Below, piece by piece: positions 9,816 through 16,811 of a DNA stretch of 40,290 bases (position 1 is the stretch's first letter; the number at the start of each line of letters is the position of its first letter). The translations under genes were made by a program, and so were the position numbers. The stretch spans positions 1 to 40,290 of the forward strand of contig CAZLQA010000001.1 in assembly GCA_964561665.1 (NCBI GenBank), given 5' to 3'. This DNA is from Candidatus Woesearchaeota archaeon. GTDB lineage: Archaea; Nanobdellota; Nanobdellia; Pacearchaeales; GW2011-AR1. Under the pieces are notes generated by a model that worked only from the letters and a program-made list of their open reading frames with translations, was not told the origin of the DNA and ran no database searches.

Positions 9816-10658
9816 ATGTACAACAAATTCCTTATAGTTGCTAGCAAGAAAGACCCTGCAGGCGTGAACATAACAACGCAATTGAGCCAGTTCAGGAAAA
9901 ATCCGGTTATTCCCGATGCAAAGAAAGACGGAAAAGAGTTTGATTTCTATCTTGTTGAGGAAGAGATAATTTATACGGAAAACCTTAACATGGAAAAAAT
10001 AGGCAAGTATGATTTCGTAATTTTTGCCTCCAAGCACAGCTCTTCCGGCGAAGAAAAGAGAAAATCTCTTACAATTCATTCTCCCGGAAATTTCAGAAAC
10101 GCGCAGTTCGGGGGAGAAAAGGGAAAAGTTTGCAAAACCTCGGCAATGTTCCACAAACAGCTCTTTGAAAAACTGAATGAAACCGCAAAGAAGCATGATT
10201 TGAGAAATTATGACATAACCCTTGAAGTGACTCATCACGGCCCCTTGATTGACAAGCCGTGCCTGTTCATTGAAATAGGCCCCACAGAAACCGAATGGAA
10301 AAACAGAAGGGTGGGCTTTATTATGGCAGAGACAATTTACGAAACCATTTTTGGATTCAAGGAAAATCCATACAACGAAGTTGCGATAGCCATTGGAGGC
10401 CCGCATTACTGCCCAAACTTTAATAAAATTCAGGAAAATTCAAACCTTGCAATTTCGCACATCATTCCCCAGTATAATTTTCCGCTTACAGAGGAAATGG
10501 TTAAGGAAGCCGTGGAAAAAACTGAAGAGGAAATCGATTTGGCTGTTTTGGACTGGAAAGGACTCGGCAATTCGGAGCAGAGGAATGAAATTCTAAAAAT
10601 TCTAGACAGGTTATATATCAGGTATGAAAAGACGAGTGATGTCGGAAAGTCTAATTAA
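9816..10658 (+). CDS. dtdA: D-aminoacyl-tRNA deacylase, archaeal type (DTD2/DtdA)
   Basis: The IVASKKDPAGVNI, FASKHSS, EVTHHGP and IGGPHYCPNF motifs are characteristic of the archaeal tRNA_deacylase family. Confidence 0.85.
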   Translation: MYNKFLIVASKKDPAGVNITTQLSQFRKNPVIPDAKKDGKEFDFYLVEEEIIYTENLNMEKIGKYDFVIFASKHSSSGEEKRKSLTIHSPGNFRNAQFGGEKGKVCKTSAMFHKQLFEKLNETAKKHDLRNYDITLEVTHHGPLIDKPCLFIEIGPTETEWKNRRVGFIMAETIYETIFGFKENPYNEVAIAIGGPHYCPNFNKIQENSNLAISHIIPQYNFPLTEEMVKEAVEKTEEEIDLAVLDWKGLGNSEQRNEILKILDRLYIRYEKTSDVGKSN

Positions 10659-11331
10659 CAACTAACCCCCGCACAACCAACTCCTCAAAAAACAGCTTTT
10701 TTGAGTTTATCACCTTTGATTTATAGCCAAGTTTCTCGAAATTCACTTCTTTAGACAATGAGCTGGTTACAACAAATATTCTGCCGTTTTTGTTCAGGTA
10801 ATCCTTGGCATCTTTCAGGAATTTTATTGTTAATTCATTGCCTTTTTTTCCGCCTGTCGTGGCTATTTGCGAATCTTCTGGCTCTTTTTCATCCAAAGGC
10901 AGGTAAGGGGGATTAAAAATAATAATGTCAAATTTGCTTGGAAAAACTGCAATTCGCTCGCCTAAAGGCTCGCTAATTTGTCTCGCACTTTCGCGCTCGT
11001 TTTGATTTATTTGATAATCTCTCAACCTCATTAAGTTTTTTGTTATATTGGTTTGATGTGGGCAAAATCTAAAATTTTTAAACAAATCAGATTTTATACA
11101 ATTAAATCCCTTATCTTTGCAACATTTAACTGCATTTTCATTAATATCCGTTCCAAAAATATTCTCTTTTTTTACCCCAATGTTGAAGGCTGTCTGCAAC
11201 AAAATTCCCGAGCCAGAGCCGATTTCAAGAAGGTTAAGATTTGGATTTTTCTTCAGGATTTTAGGAATTTCTTTTTTAAGGGTTTCACTTAAAAGATAAG
11301 AATCTTCTGCAGGTTGATAGATTGAAATCAT
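10651..11331 (-). CDS. HemK/Mtq2-like SAM-dependent (glutamine-N5) methyltransferase carrying a ~45-aa internal insertion
   Basis: It has YQPAEDSYLLSE, GSGSGIL (motif I) and IIFNPPYLP (NPPY). I prefer the start at MISIYQP.. (11331), because the tracked N-terminus MNTVSLFKIKEIKQK lies in repeat copy H. Confidence 0.8.
   Translation of the reverse strand: MISIYQPAEDSYLLSETLKKEIPKILKKNPNLNLLEIGSGSGILLQTAFNIGVKKENIFGTDINENAVKCCKDKGFNCIKSDLFKNFRFCPHQTNITKNLMRLRDYQINQNERESARQISEPLGERIAVFPSKFDIIIFNPPYLPLDEKEPEDSQIATTGGKKGNELTIKFLKDAKDYLNKNGRIFVVTSSLSKEVNFEKLGYKSKVINSKKLFFEELVVRGLVVN
10936..11070 (+). repeat. Repeat-family-like sequence inserted in frame inside the Mtq2/HemK-like gene
   Basis: It encodes RFCPHQTNITKNLMRLRDYQINQNERESARQISEPLGERIAVFPS, between SDLFKNF and KFDIIIFNPPY. 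It shares ggctcgctaa (10966-10975 = 25277-25286) and ttttgatttatttgataatc / ctttgattcttgatgttaacc with the Trm5 insert. Confidence 0.5.
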
Positions 11332-11357
11332 TTTTTGTTTAATTTCTTTTATTTTAA

Positions 11358-11495
11358 AAAGGCTCACCGTGTTCACATATTGATTTAACTATTAATATAA
11401 AACTAACTTATTTTATGACTAATGCAGGATTTGTGCTATCATCTCATTAATTGCGAGAATTTATTCGAGCACATTTAAAGTAAGCCGAAGGCGAA
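11358..11495 (-). repeat. Dispersed mosaic repeat, copy H (inverted orientation, right end truncated at the cstA stop)
   Basis: aaggctcaccgtgttcacatatt.. matches copy F (atggctcactcc..gttcgtatatt). ..cattaattgcgag and aagccgaaggcgaaccatttta match F (gaagccgagataaggcgaaccaatttta). Confidence 0.7.
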
Positions 11496-11500
11496 CCATT

Positions 11501-13138
11501 TTATTTCCTATTTTTTCCCAAACTCTCAAAACCTTCCTTTGCAACCATCAATCCGAGAAGGAACATTCCTACAGAGATTATCGCAAGAACATAATTGCCT
11601 GAGAAGAAATAGCCTTCTGCTCTGAATGTCAAATACAAAAGCGCGCTCAGGGTGGTAACAAGGACAAAAAGCGCAGGTATGATTATAAATTTGACATTTA
11701 TTTTTTTTGAGATGAAAAATGCGGAAACAGTAATCATGGTTATCGCCGCTGTTAGCTGGTTTGACGTTCCAAACAAGCGCCAGAGAGTTTCATAAGAATT
11801 TGTAACTGCAAGAAGCCACGATGGAATTAAAATCATCAAAGTTATCAGGATTTTTCTTTTTTTTAGTTTTGGAATGAGGTTTTCAGCAATTATGAACCTT
11901 GATAGCCTTGTTGAAGTATCTACGGATGTTAAAATAAACTGATTAACCATGAATGCTCCAAGCAATCCCGCAATAGAAATTGTGATTAAAGGAATTCCTA
12001 AGTTTCCGACAATGTTTCCGTATCCCGAGGAGAAAAGAACAATCCATCCTTTTCCAAGTTCTGCCTGGAATCCTCCGACAATTTCAGAACCCCATTTCAA
12101 GCCCGCAACAGCCATGAGTGTTACAAGAATTGCAAGTGTTGCTTCTCCGAGCATTGAGCCATATCCCACAGGTTTAGCATCGGACTCTTTTGAAAGTTGC
12201 TTGCTTGTCGTGCCACTAGAGACAATTCCATGAAAACCTGAAACTGCGCCGCATGCAACTGTTATGAACAAAATTGGCCAAAGTGGAAAAACTGAATTTG
12301 AAATATACGCAGGGGCGTTGATTATCGGGTTTATAATTAGTATCCCCACAATTCCCAAAACAAGAATCAATGACATTTGTATTGCGCTAAGATAATCTCT
12401 TGGCCTCAAAAGAATCCAGACGGGAACTACCGAGGCTATTCCTGCATATCCCAGAATTGCGGTAATTGCCAGATTTTTTAAAAGAACATCGCTGATTGAA
12501 AACTGCGGGGGATTCATTACTCCAACCCACACTGAAAGAAAAATGATTATTATTGCAATTACCGAAGCTAATTTGTAATTCCATTTGTATTTTTCAACGC
12601 CCAAACCAAGAACGACTGCAACAAAAGTTATTGTCAATAAAGGTATTATCAAATCCGGCTTGTTTACAATGCTTTCTGCCGCTGAAACCGAGAAAACCGT
12701 GATGATTAAAATTAATGTTATAAGAATCATTACTCCAAACAGCAACCCTGATTTTGAGTTAAGGGATTTTTTTGCTATTGATGAAACACTTTCCGCCTTG
12801 CTTCTTACCGAAGCTATTAAAGATGTGAAATCGTGCATCGCACCTATTAGCACACTTCCCAAAGAAACCCAAAGAACAACGGGAAGCCATCCGAAATAAC
12901 TTACAGCAAGTATCGGTCCAATAATGGGTCCTGCGCCTGCTATTGAAGCAAAATGATGTCCTATGAGAAAAGGTTTGTTTGAAGGTGAAAAGTCAACATT
13001 ATCTCTTTTTGTAATGGCAGGAGTTTTATTTTTATCAGAAATTTTCAGCTGTTTTTCAATAAATCTCCCGTAAATTTTGTAGCCAAGAAAAAACCACACT
13101 GCAATTATCAGGACAATCCAGATTGAATTCATTTTCAC
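11501..13138 (-). CDS. cstA: Carbon starvation protein CstA family transporter
   Basis: This 545-aa polytopic membrane protein has an N-terminus (..GYKIYGRFIEK.. HHFASIAGAGPIIGP) typical of CstA. Confidence 0.9.
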   Translation of the reverse strand: MKMNSIWIVLIIAVWFFLGYKIYGRFIEKQLKISDKNKTPAITKRDNVDFSPSNKPFLIGHHFASIAGAGPIIGPILAVSYFGWLPVVLWVSLGSVLIGAMHDFTSLIASVRSKAESVSSIAKKSLNSKSGLLFGVMILITLILIITVFSVSAAESIVNKPDLIIPLLTITFVAVVLGLGVEKYKWNYKLASVIAIIIIFLSVWVGVMNPPQFSISDVLLKNLAITAILGYAGIASVVPVWILLRPRDYLSAIQMSLILVLGIVGILIINPIINAPAYISNSVFPLWPILFITVACGAVSGFHGIVSSGTTSKQLSKESDAKPVGYGSMLGEATLAILVTLMAVAGLKWGSEIVGGFQAELGKGWIVLFSSGYGNIVGNLGIPLITISIAGLLGAFMVNQFILTSVDTSTRLSRFIIAENLIPKLKKRKILITLMILIPSWLLAVTNSYETLWRLFGTSNQLTAAITMITVSAFFISKKINVKFIIIPALFVLVTTLSALLYLTFRAEGYFFSGNYVLAIISVGMFLLGLMVAKEGFESLGKNRK

Positions 13139-13172
13139 ATCCTGAAAATAAACATAAAAGAAATTTATAAAT

Positions 13173-13196
13173 TGAACGCCCCGACCAGGACTCGAA
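13173..13196 (-). repeat. Orphan duplicate of the tRNA-Ser 3' end (T-loop, 3' T-stem, 3' acceptor strand and 4 flanking nt)
   Basis: tgaacgccccgaccaggactcgaa is a 24/24 match to 13256-13279. No 5' tRNA half precedes it. Confidence 0.85.
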
Positions 13197-13259
13197 TGAA
13201 AGACACAAGTTTCTTTCTAGCTTCCTTTTCGTTTAAAACCGATTTATCGACTCCTTGAA

Positions 13260-13340
13260 CGCCCCGACCAGGACTCGAACCTGGATGCCCTTGCGGGCCA
13301 AGATTTCCAATCTTGTGCAATACCCTTATGCGATCGGGGC
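13260..13340 (-). tRNA. tRNA-Ser (anticodon GGA), class II with long variable arm
   Basis: Hand fold: acceptor GCCCCGA/UCGGGGC, anticodon stem CAAGA/UCUUG with loop UUGGAAA, variable arm GCCC-GCAA-GGGC, T arm CCAGG-UUCGAGU-CCUGG. CCA is not encoded. Confidence 0.85.
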
Positions 13341-13394
13341 TTGATATGCAATCCACAATAATTATCTTTAAAAATATTATACTTTCAGTTACAT

Positions 13395-13736
13395 ATGGCT
13401 GATTATTACATACACGAATATCCCTGCGGGCTAAAAAAATTAATCGGGGTTGAAAAAGATAATACCCAAACAGCAACGGTGGTTTATGCCGGAAGAAGAA
13501 ATGGGTTTATTAAAGACGGAAGAAGCAGGGAGATTATAGGAATTCAGGACCTTTCAAGAGAAGCCATTATTATCTCAGTAAAGATTAACGGCGGCGAAAA
13601 ACTCTTAATTTTCGATAAAAAAACAAGAACTCTTAGAAAACATCTGGGTTTAAATGAAGACTTAGGGAAATTGGAAGGAAGGCATGTTGAAGCCATTTTG
13701 CAGTATGGGGAACCTGTCGGAATAAGGGTAAACTGA
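13395..13736 (+). CDS. Hypothetical protein (113 aa)
   Basis: ORF from the track, with an A/T-rich box (tttaaaaatatta) about 20 nt upstream. I recognise no family. Confidence 0.5.
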   Translation: MADYYIHEYPCGLKKLIGVEKDNTQTATVVYAGRRNGFIKDGRSREIIGIQDLSREAIIISVKINGGEKLLIFDKKTRTLRKHLGLNEDLGKLEGRHVEAILQYGEPVGIRVN

Positions 13737-13787
13737 AAAAACATAAGCTTTGAGAAAATTTAAAAATCCCTTAATCCTTGTGTAAAT

Positions 13788-13991
13788 ATGAAAAAAAGGG
13801 GCGGCGAAAAGAAATATCTAAAAATTTCGGGGACAATTTTCCTTGTCGTGGGAGCATTGCATCTCATTAGGGTTTTAATGGGGTGGAACGTAATGATTGA
13901 AAACCAGATTGTTCCACTATGGCTTAGCGCCATTGCAGTTGTGGTTCTTGGACTCTTGGGAACAAAACTAGTCAAGATGGGTTGCGAGTAA
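13788..13991 (+). CDS. Small membrane protein (67 aa, 2 TM)
   Basis: The only support is the hydrophobic ORF from the track. Confidence 0.5.
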   Translation: MKKRGGEKKYLKISGTIFLVVGALHLIRVLMGWNVMIENQIVPLWLSAIAVVVLGLLGTKLVKMGCE

Positions 13992-14008
13992 AATTAAGAA
14001 ACCAATAG

Positions 14009-14137
14009 TTAAAGATATTCTAGAATTTTGATTTTTCCGCTTTTTATCAGCTTTGGCGAAAGCCCGTTCAGATAAGTTATTACAATTCTTCCCGTGGGCA
14101 TCTTAACCCTGCATTTGGTTTTATTCATAAGTATCAT
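14009..14137 (-). CDS. Speculative 42-aa ORF directly downstream of csp (MILMNKTKCRVKMPTGRIVITYLNGLSPKLIKSGKIKILEYL)
   Basis: My own translation. It starts 7 nt after the csp stop. It faintly resembles small beta-barrel ribosomal or S1-like proteins, but this is not assignable. Confidence 0.2.
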   Translation of the reverse strand: MILMNKTKCRVKMPTGRIVITYLNGLSPKLIKSGKIKILEYL

Positions 14138-14143
14138 TTGCGC

Positions 14144-14335
14144 TTAACCTTTCTTTACCTTGACAGCCTTCAAACCCCTGTCGCCCTTCTCAACTTCAAA
14201 GCTTACCTTGTCGCCCTTGTCTACATTAACGCCATCTTCAAGCCCGCTCTTATGGACGAAATATTCCTTGCCGTCTTCTCCGATTATAAAGCCAAATTCC
14301 TTAATCTCGTTGAAAAACTTTACGTTTCCTTTCAT
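14144..14335 (-). CDS. csp: Cold-shock domain protein (CspA family)
   Basis: MKGNVKFFNEIKEFGFI..DGKEYFVHKSGL contains the RNP1/RNP2-like motifs (KGFGFI / VFVH type) of bacterial-type CSD proteins. Confidence 0.9.
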   Translation of the reverse strand: MKGNVKFFNEIKEFGFIIGEDGKEYFVHKSGLEDGVNVDKGDKVSFEVEKGDRGLKAVKVKKG

Positions 14336-14442
14336 TTTGTTGTTTTGAAAAAATTTAACAAACGCAATTTTATTAGAATTCGTTAACTAATTCAATAGAA
14401 AGTATAGCAAAAAATCCTTTTTAAAGGTATGTTATATAAAAA

Positions 14443-14514
14443 CGCCCGTGCCGGGAATCGAACCCGGGTTTCCAGCGCGACAGGCTAGCGTCATAGCCGT
14501 TAGACCACACGAGC
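14443..14514 (-). tRNA. tRNA-Asp (anticodon GUC)
   Basis: Hand fold: acceptor GCUCGUG/CACGGGC, anticodon stem CUAGC/GCUGG with loop CUGUCGC, T arm CCGGG-UUCGAUU-CCCGG. Length is 72 nt. Confidence 0.9.
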
Positions 14515-14581
14515 ATAAAGTTAATTATTTTGATTTACTTTTAAAGGTTTCTGGCTTAAAAAATTTTTGAACTTGAAAAAA

Positions 14582-14854
14582 TTATTTTACCTTGATATCC
14601 AGCAACTTGTTGTAAATCACTGCAAAAAGCCATGTCAGAAATCCGCAAATTAAAAAACCCAAGACGGCAGAGAAAAACATTATTTTCACCACGCTCATTG
14701 TTGTGAATCCAACAACGCCGTAAACATTTGTCATAAGGTTGTTGTAATAAGGAAGATACTTCAAAACAAGAAACAGCTCAAAGAGTAAAACAGAAACCAC
14801 GCTTATGATTCCTCCCGTGATTCCGAATTTTATACGATTTAGCTTGTTTTCCAT
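14582..14854 (-). CDS. Small membrane protein (~90 aa, 3 TM)
   Basis: ORF 14582..14869. The ATG at 14854 (MENKLNRIKFG..) is preferred over the GTG at 14869. Confidence 0.5.
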   Translation of the reverse strand: MENKLNRIKFGITGGIISVVSVLLFELFLVLKYLPYYNNLMTNVYGVVGFTTMSVVKIMFFSAVLGFLICGFLTWLFAVIYNKLLDIKVK

Positions 14855-14910
14855 TTTTAAACAAACCACTCATCTTTTAAAAATGTTGATATTTTTAATG
14901 ACTTTTGTTT

Positions 14911-15185
14911 AAGAAGCAGTTTCTGTTTAAAGTGGTTTGCCTTATCTCTTCTCCCGACCCCGCTCGGAATTAATAGTTTAAATTTGCCATTCGCAAAGTC
15001 GCTCTACTCGCACCCGCACTCATTATTAACTAAAAATTGCCTCGTGCAAATGCTCGGCTCACAATTGATGAAAAATTAACTAATAGAAAAACAACTTTTA
15101 TATTAACAACCTTTACCGATAAGCGAACGCAGTGAGCCATCTCATTTAATAATTTAATAAAAATAAGTAAGTTCTAAACAAAGCC
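14911..15185 (+). repeat. Dispersed mosaic repeat, copy B (longest copy, contains an internal module duplication)
   Basis: It carries all the modules: left end aagcagtttctgtttaaagtggtttgcc, ggaattaatagtttaaatttg, tcgcaaagtcgctc / tcgtgcaaatgctcggctcacaattgatgaaaaattaac, ttttatattaacaa..ataagcgaacgcagtgagcc, and right end aaaataagtaagttctaaacaaagcc. Confidence 0.85.
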
Positions 15186-15230
15186 TATTCTAATGATTTT
15201 AAAATCATTAAAGCATCTCCCTTTCTCATT

Positions 15231-15332
15231 TCAAATCAATGTCCTTATTATTCCATATACCAATAATCCCAACGCAACAAAGCCTATAACCCACGCAATA
15301 ATTTGTAGCAGTTTTAAGGTGTGTTTTTTCAT
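15231..15332 (-). CDS. 33-aa single-TM ORF translationally coupled to serS (MKKHTLKLLQIIAWVIGFVALGLLVYGIIRTLI)
   Basis: My own translation. Its ATG overlaps the serS TGA as ATGA (15329-15332). Confidence 0.35.
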   Translation of the reverse strand: MKKHTLKLLQIIAWVIGFVALGLLVYGIIRTLI

Positions 15333-16615
15333 TTTCTTTTAATCTTCTCGGATTTTATAATTTTTTTCCCGCCCATGTATTTTTGCAAAACTTTCGGGAT
15401 TTTAACAGAGCCGTCTTTCTGCTGGTGATTTTCAAGGATTGCAACCAATGCCCTCGAAGTTGCAATCGCGGTGTTGTTCAGCGTGTGAGGAGTTATTCTC
15501 TGCCCTTTTATCCTCGTTGAAATCCCCAGCTTTCTTGCCTGGGCACCAGTAAGATTGCTGCACGAGCCGACTTCAAAATATTTCTTCTGCCTCGGACTCC
15601 ACGCCTCGACATCAATCTGCTCGTATTTTAAATCCCCCAAGTCTCCGGAGCATATTTTAAGAACCCTTATGGGAACCTCAAGATTTTTGAAAATCTCAAC
15701 GGTAATTTTTTTCATTTCCTCAAAAAACTTCTCCGACTCTTCAGGAAGACATATCACAATCATCTCTATTTTGTTGAATTGGTGCGTCCTGAACAGCCCC
15801 TTTTCATCAACTCCGTGGCTTCCTATTTCCTTCCTGAAGCACATGGAATAGCTCGTGTGTTTTATCGGGAGCTTTTTTTCATCCATTTCCTGGTTTGCAA
15901 ATCTCCCTATAAGCGAGTGCTCCGAAGTGCCTATGAGGGAAACATCGTCGTTTTTTATCCTGTAAATCATAATCTCCTGGTCATTCAGGTCGGTAACCTG
16001 GTTTATGATTTCATTCTTCAGCATCAGGGGAGTTTCAATGTACCTGAACCCTTTCTTAACCATAAAATCCCTTGCGTAGTTTATCAAAGCCATGTTAAGG
16101 AGCGCAAGCTCCCCCTCAAGATAATAAAATCCCGTGCCGGAAACTCTCGCAGAGGAATCAAAATCCGCCATGTTCAAGCCCTCCGCAATTTCGGCATGGC
16201 TCTTCACTGGAAAAGTTTTCTTTTTCGGCTTTCCGTAAACTTTCTCAACCTTGTTCCCCGAATCGTCCTTTCCTATGGGAACCCTTTTGGAAATTATATT
16301 AGGAATTTTGTAAATTCCAAACTTCAGTTTTTCATAAGCCTCTTTCTCCTTTTCCTGAATCTTCTCAAGTTTTTTTGGAATTTCCCTCGCTTTTTTAATC
16401 AAAAAATCAACAGGTTTCTTGTTTTTCTTTGCAAGGTTTATCTCCTCCGAAATCTTGTTTCTCTCGCTTCTTATGTTGTCTGATTTCAGTTTAAGTTCCC
16501 TCCACAAAGAATCAAGCTTCAGCACCTCGTCAACCATCTCCGGACTGCGGAATTTTTTCCTCAGCACCTCTTTGTAAACCTCGGGATTTTCCCTTAAATG
16601 TTTTATATCAATCAT
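15329..16615 (-). CDS. serS: Seryl-tRNA synthetase
   Basis: 428 aa with an N-terminal coiled-coil arm and class II motifs (..FRKEIGSHG.., GSCSNLTGAQARKL, ..LNNTAIATSRALVAILEN). Confidence 0.95.
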   Translation of the reverse strand: MIDIKHLRENPEVYKEVLRKKFRSPEMVDEVLKLDSLWRELKLKSDNIRSERNKISEEINLAKKNKKPVDFLIKKAREIPKKLEKIQEKEKEAYEKLKFGIYKIPNIISKRVPIGKDDSGNKVEKVYGKPKKKTFPVKSHAEIAEGLNMADFDSSARVSGTGFYYLEGELALLNMALINYARDFMVKKGFRYIETPLMLKNEIINQVTDLNDQEIMIYRIKNDDVSLIGTSEHSLIGRFANQEMDEKKLPIKHTSYSMCFRKEIGSHGVDEKGLFRTHQFNKIEMIVICLPEESEKFFEEMKKITVEIFKNLEVPIRVLKICSGDLGDLKYEQIDVEAWSPRQKKYFEVGSCSNLTGAQARKLGISTRIKGQRITPHTLNNTAIATSRALVAILENHQQKDGSVKIPKVLQKYMGGKKIIKSEKIKRK

Positions 16616-16639
16616 TCTTCAGCATAGAGAATCTTATAT

Positions 16640-16790
16640 TTAAATTTAATCAAGCCTCTCGCTGTCGTTCGCTTATTGGTGAAGTTCTAGTTATTCAGTG
16701 TCTGCCGAAGCGTATGGCTAATCGCTTATTGGTAAAATCCTAGTTATTCAGTGTCTGCCGAAGCGTATGGCTAATCGCTTAATGATATAA
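16640..16790. repeat. Dispersed mosaic repeat, copy E, including a 53-bp tandem array (2.2 units, 16670-16785)
   Basis: The unit cgcttattggt[g/a]aa[g/a]t[t/c]ctagttattcagtgtctgccgaagcgtatggctaat starts at 16670, 16723 and 16776. It is preceded by cctctcgctgtcgttcgcttatt, an inverted version of the ..gcgaacgacg..gagtgagcc core. Confidence 0.8.
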
Positions 16791-16811
16791 TTATCAACGC
16801 AAAAGATACAT

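Noticed and set aside
13173-13255. A Nanoarchaeum-style split tRNA half or a second tRNA-Ser gene at the duplicated 3' fragment.
   Set aside because: Only the T-loop through the 3' end is duplicated. The 5' T-stem strand, anticodon arm and any complementary leader are missing. Known split tRNAs break in the anticodon loop region, not in the T arm.
15060-15085. A C/D-box sRNA inside the repeat module, since TGATGA is present in copy B (attgatgaaaaatt).
   Set aside because: The putative C box is not conserved in other copies (ttatga in A, taatga in G and H), and no consistently placed CTGA D box or terminal stem was seen.
15779-16483. Long antisense ORFs opposite real genes: 234 aa opposite serS, 211 aa at 9771-10406 opposite dtdA, 165 aa at 34612-35109, 156 aa at 30444-30914 opposite polB, and several opposite cdc48 at 37189-38635.
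   Set aside because: Their translations are Phe/Ser/Leu/Ile-rich low-complexity strings. That is what the reverse complement of Lys/Glu/Asn-rich AT-biased coding sequence produces. The sense-strand genes have unambiguous family motifs, so these are shadow ORFs.
16670-16785. The 53-bp direct repeats could be a CRISPR array.
   Set aside because: The units are directly adjacent with no unique spacers, there are only 2.2 copies, and no cas genes are in the window. The unit is a module of the dispersed repeat family (a single copy lies at 9720-9757).
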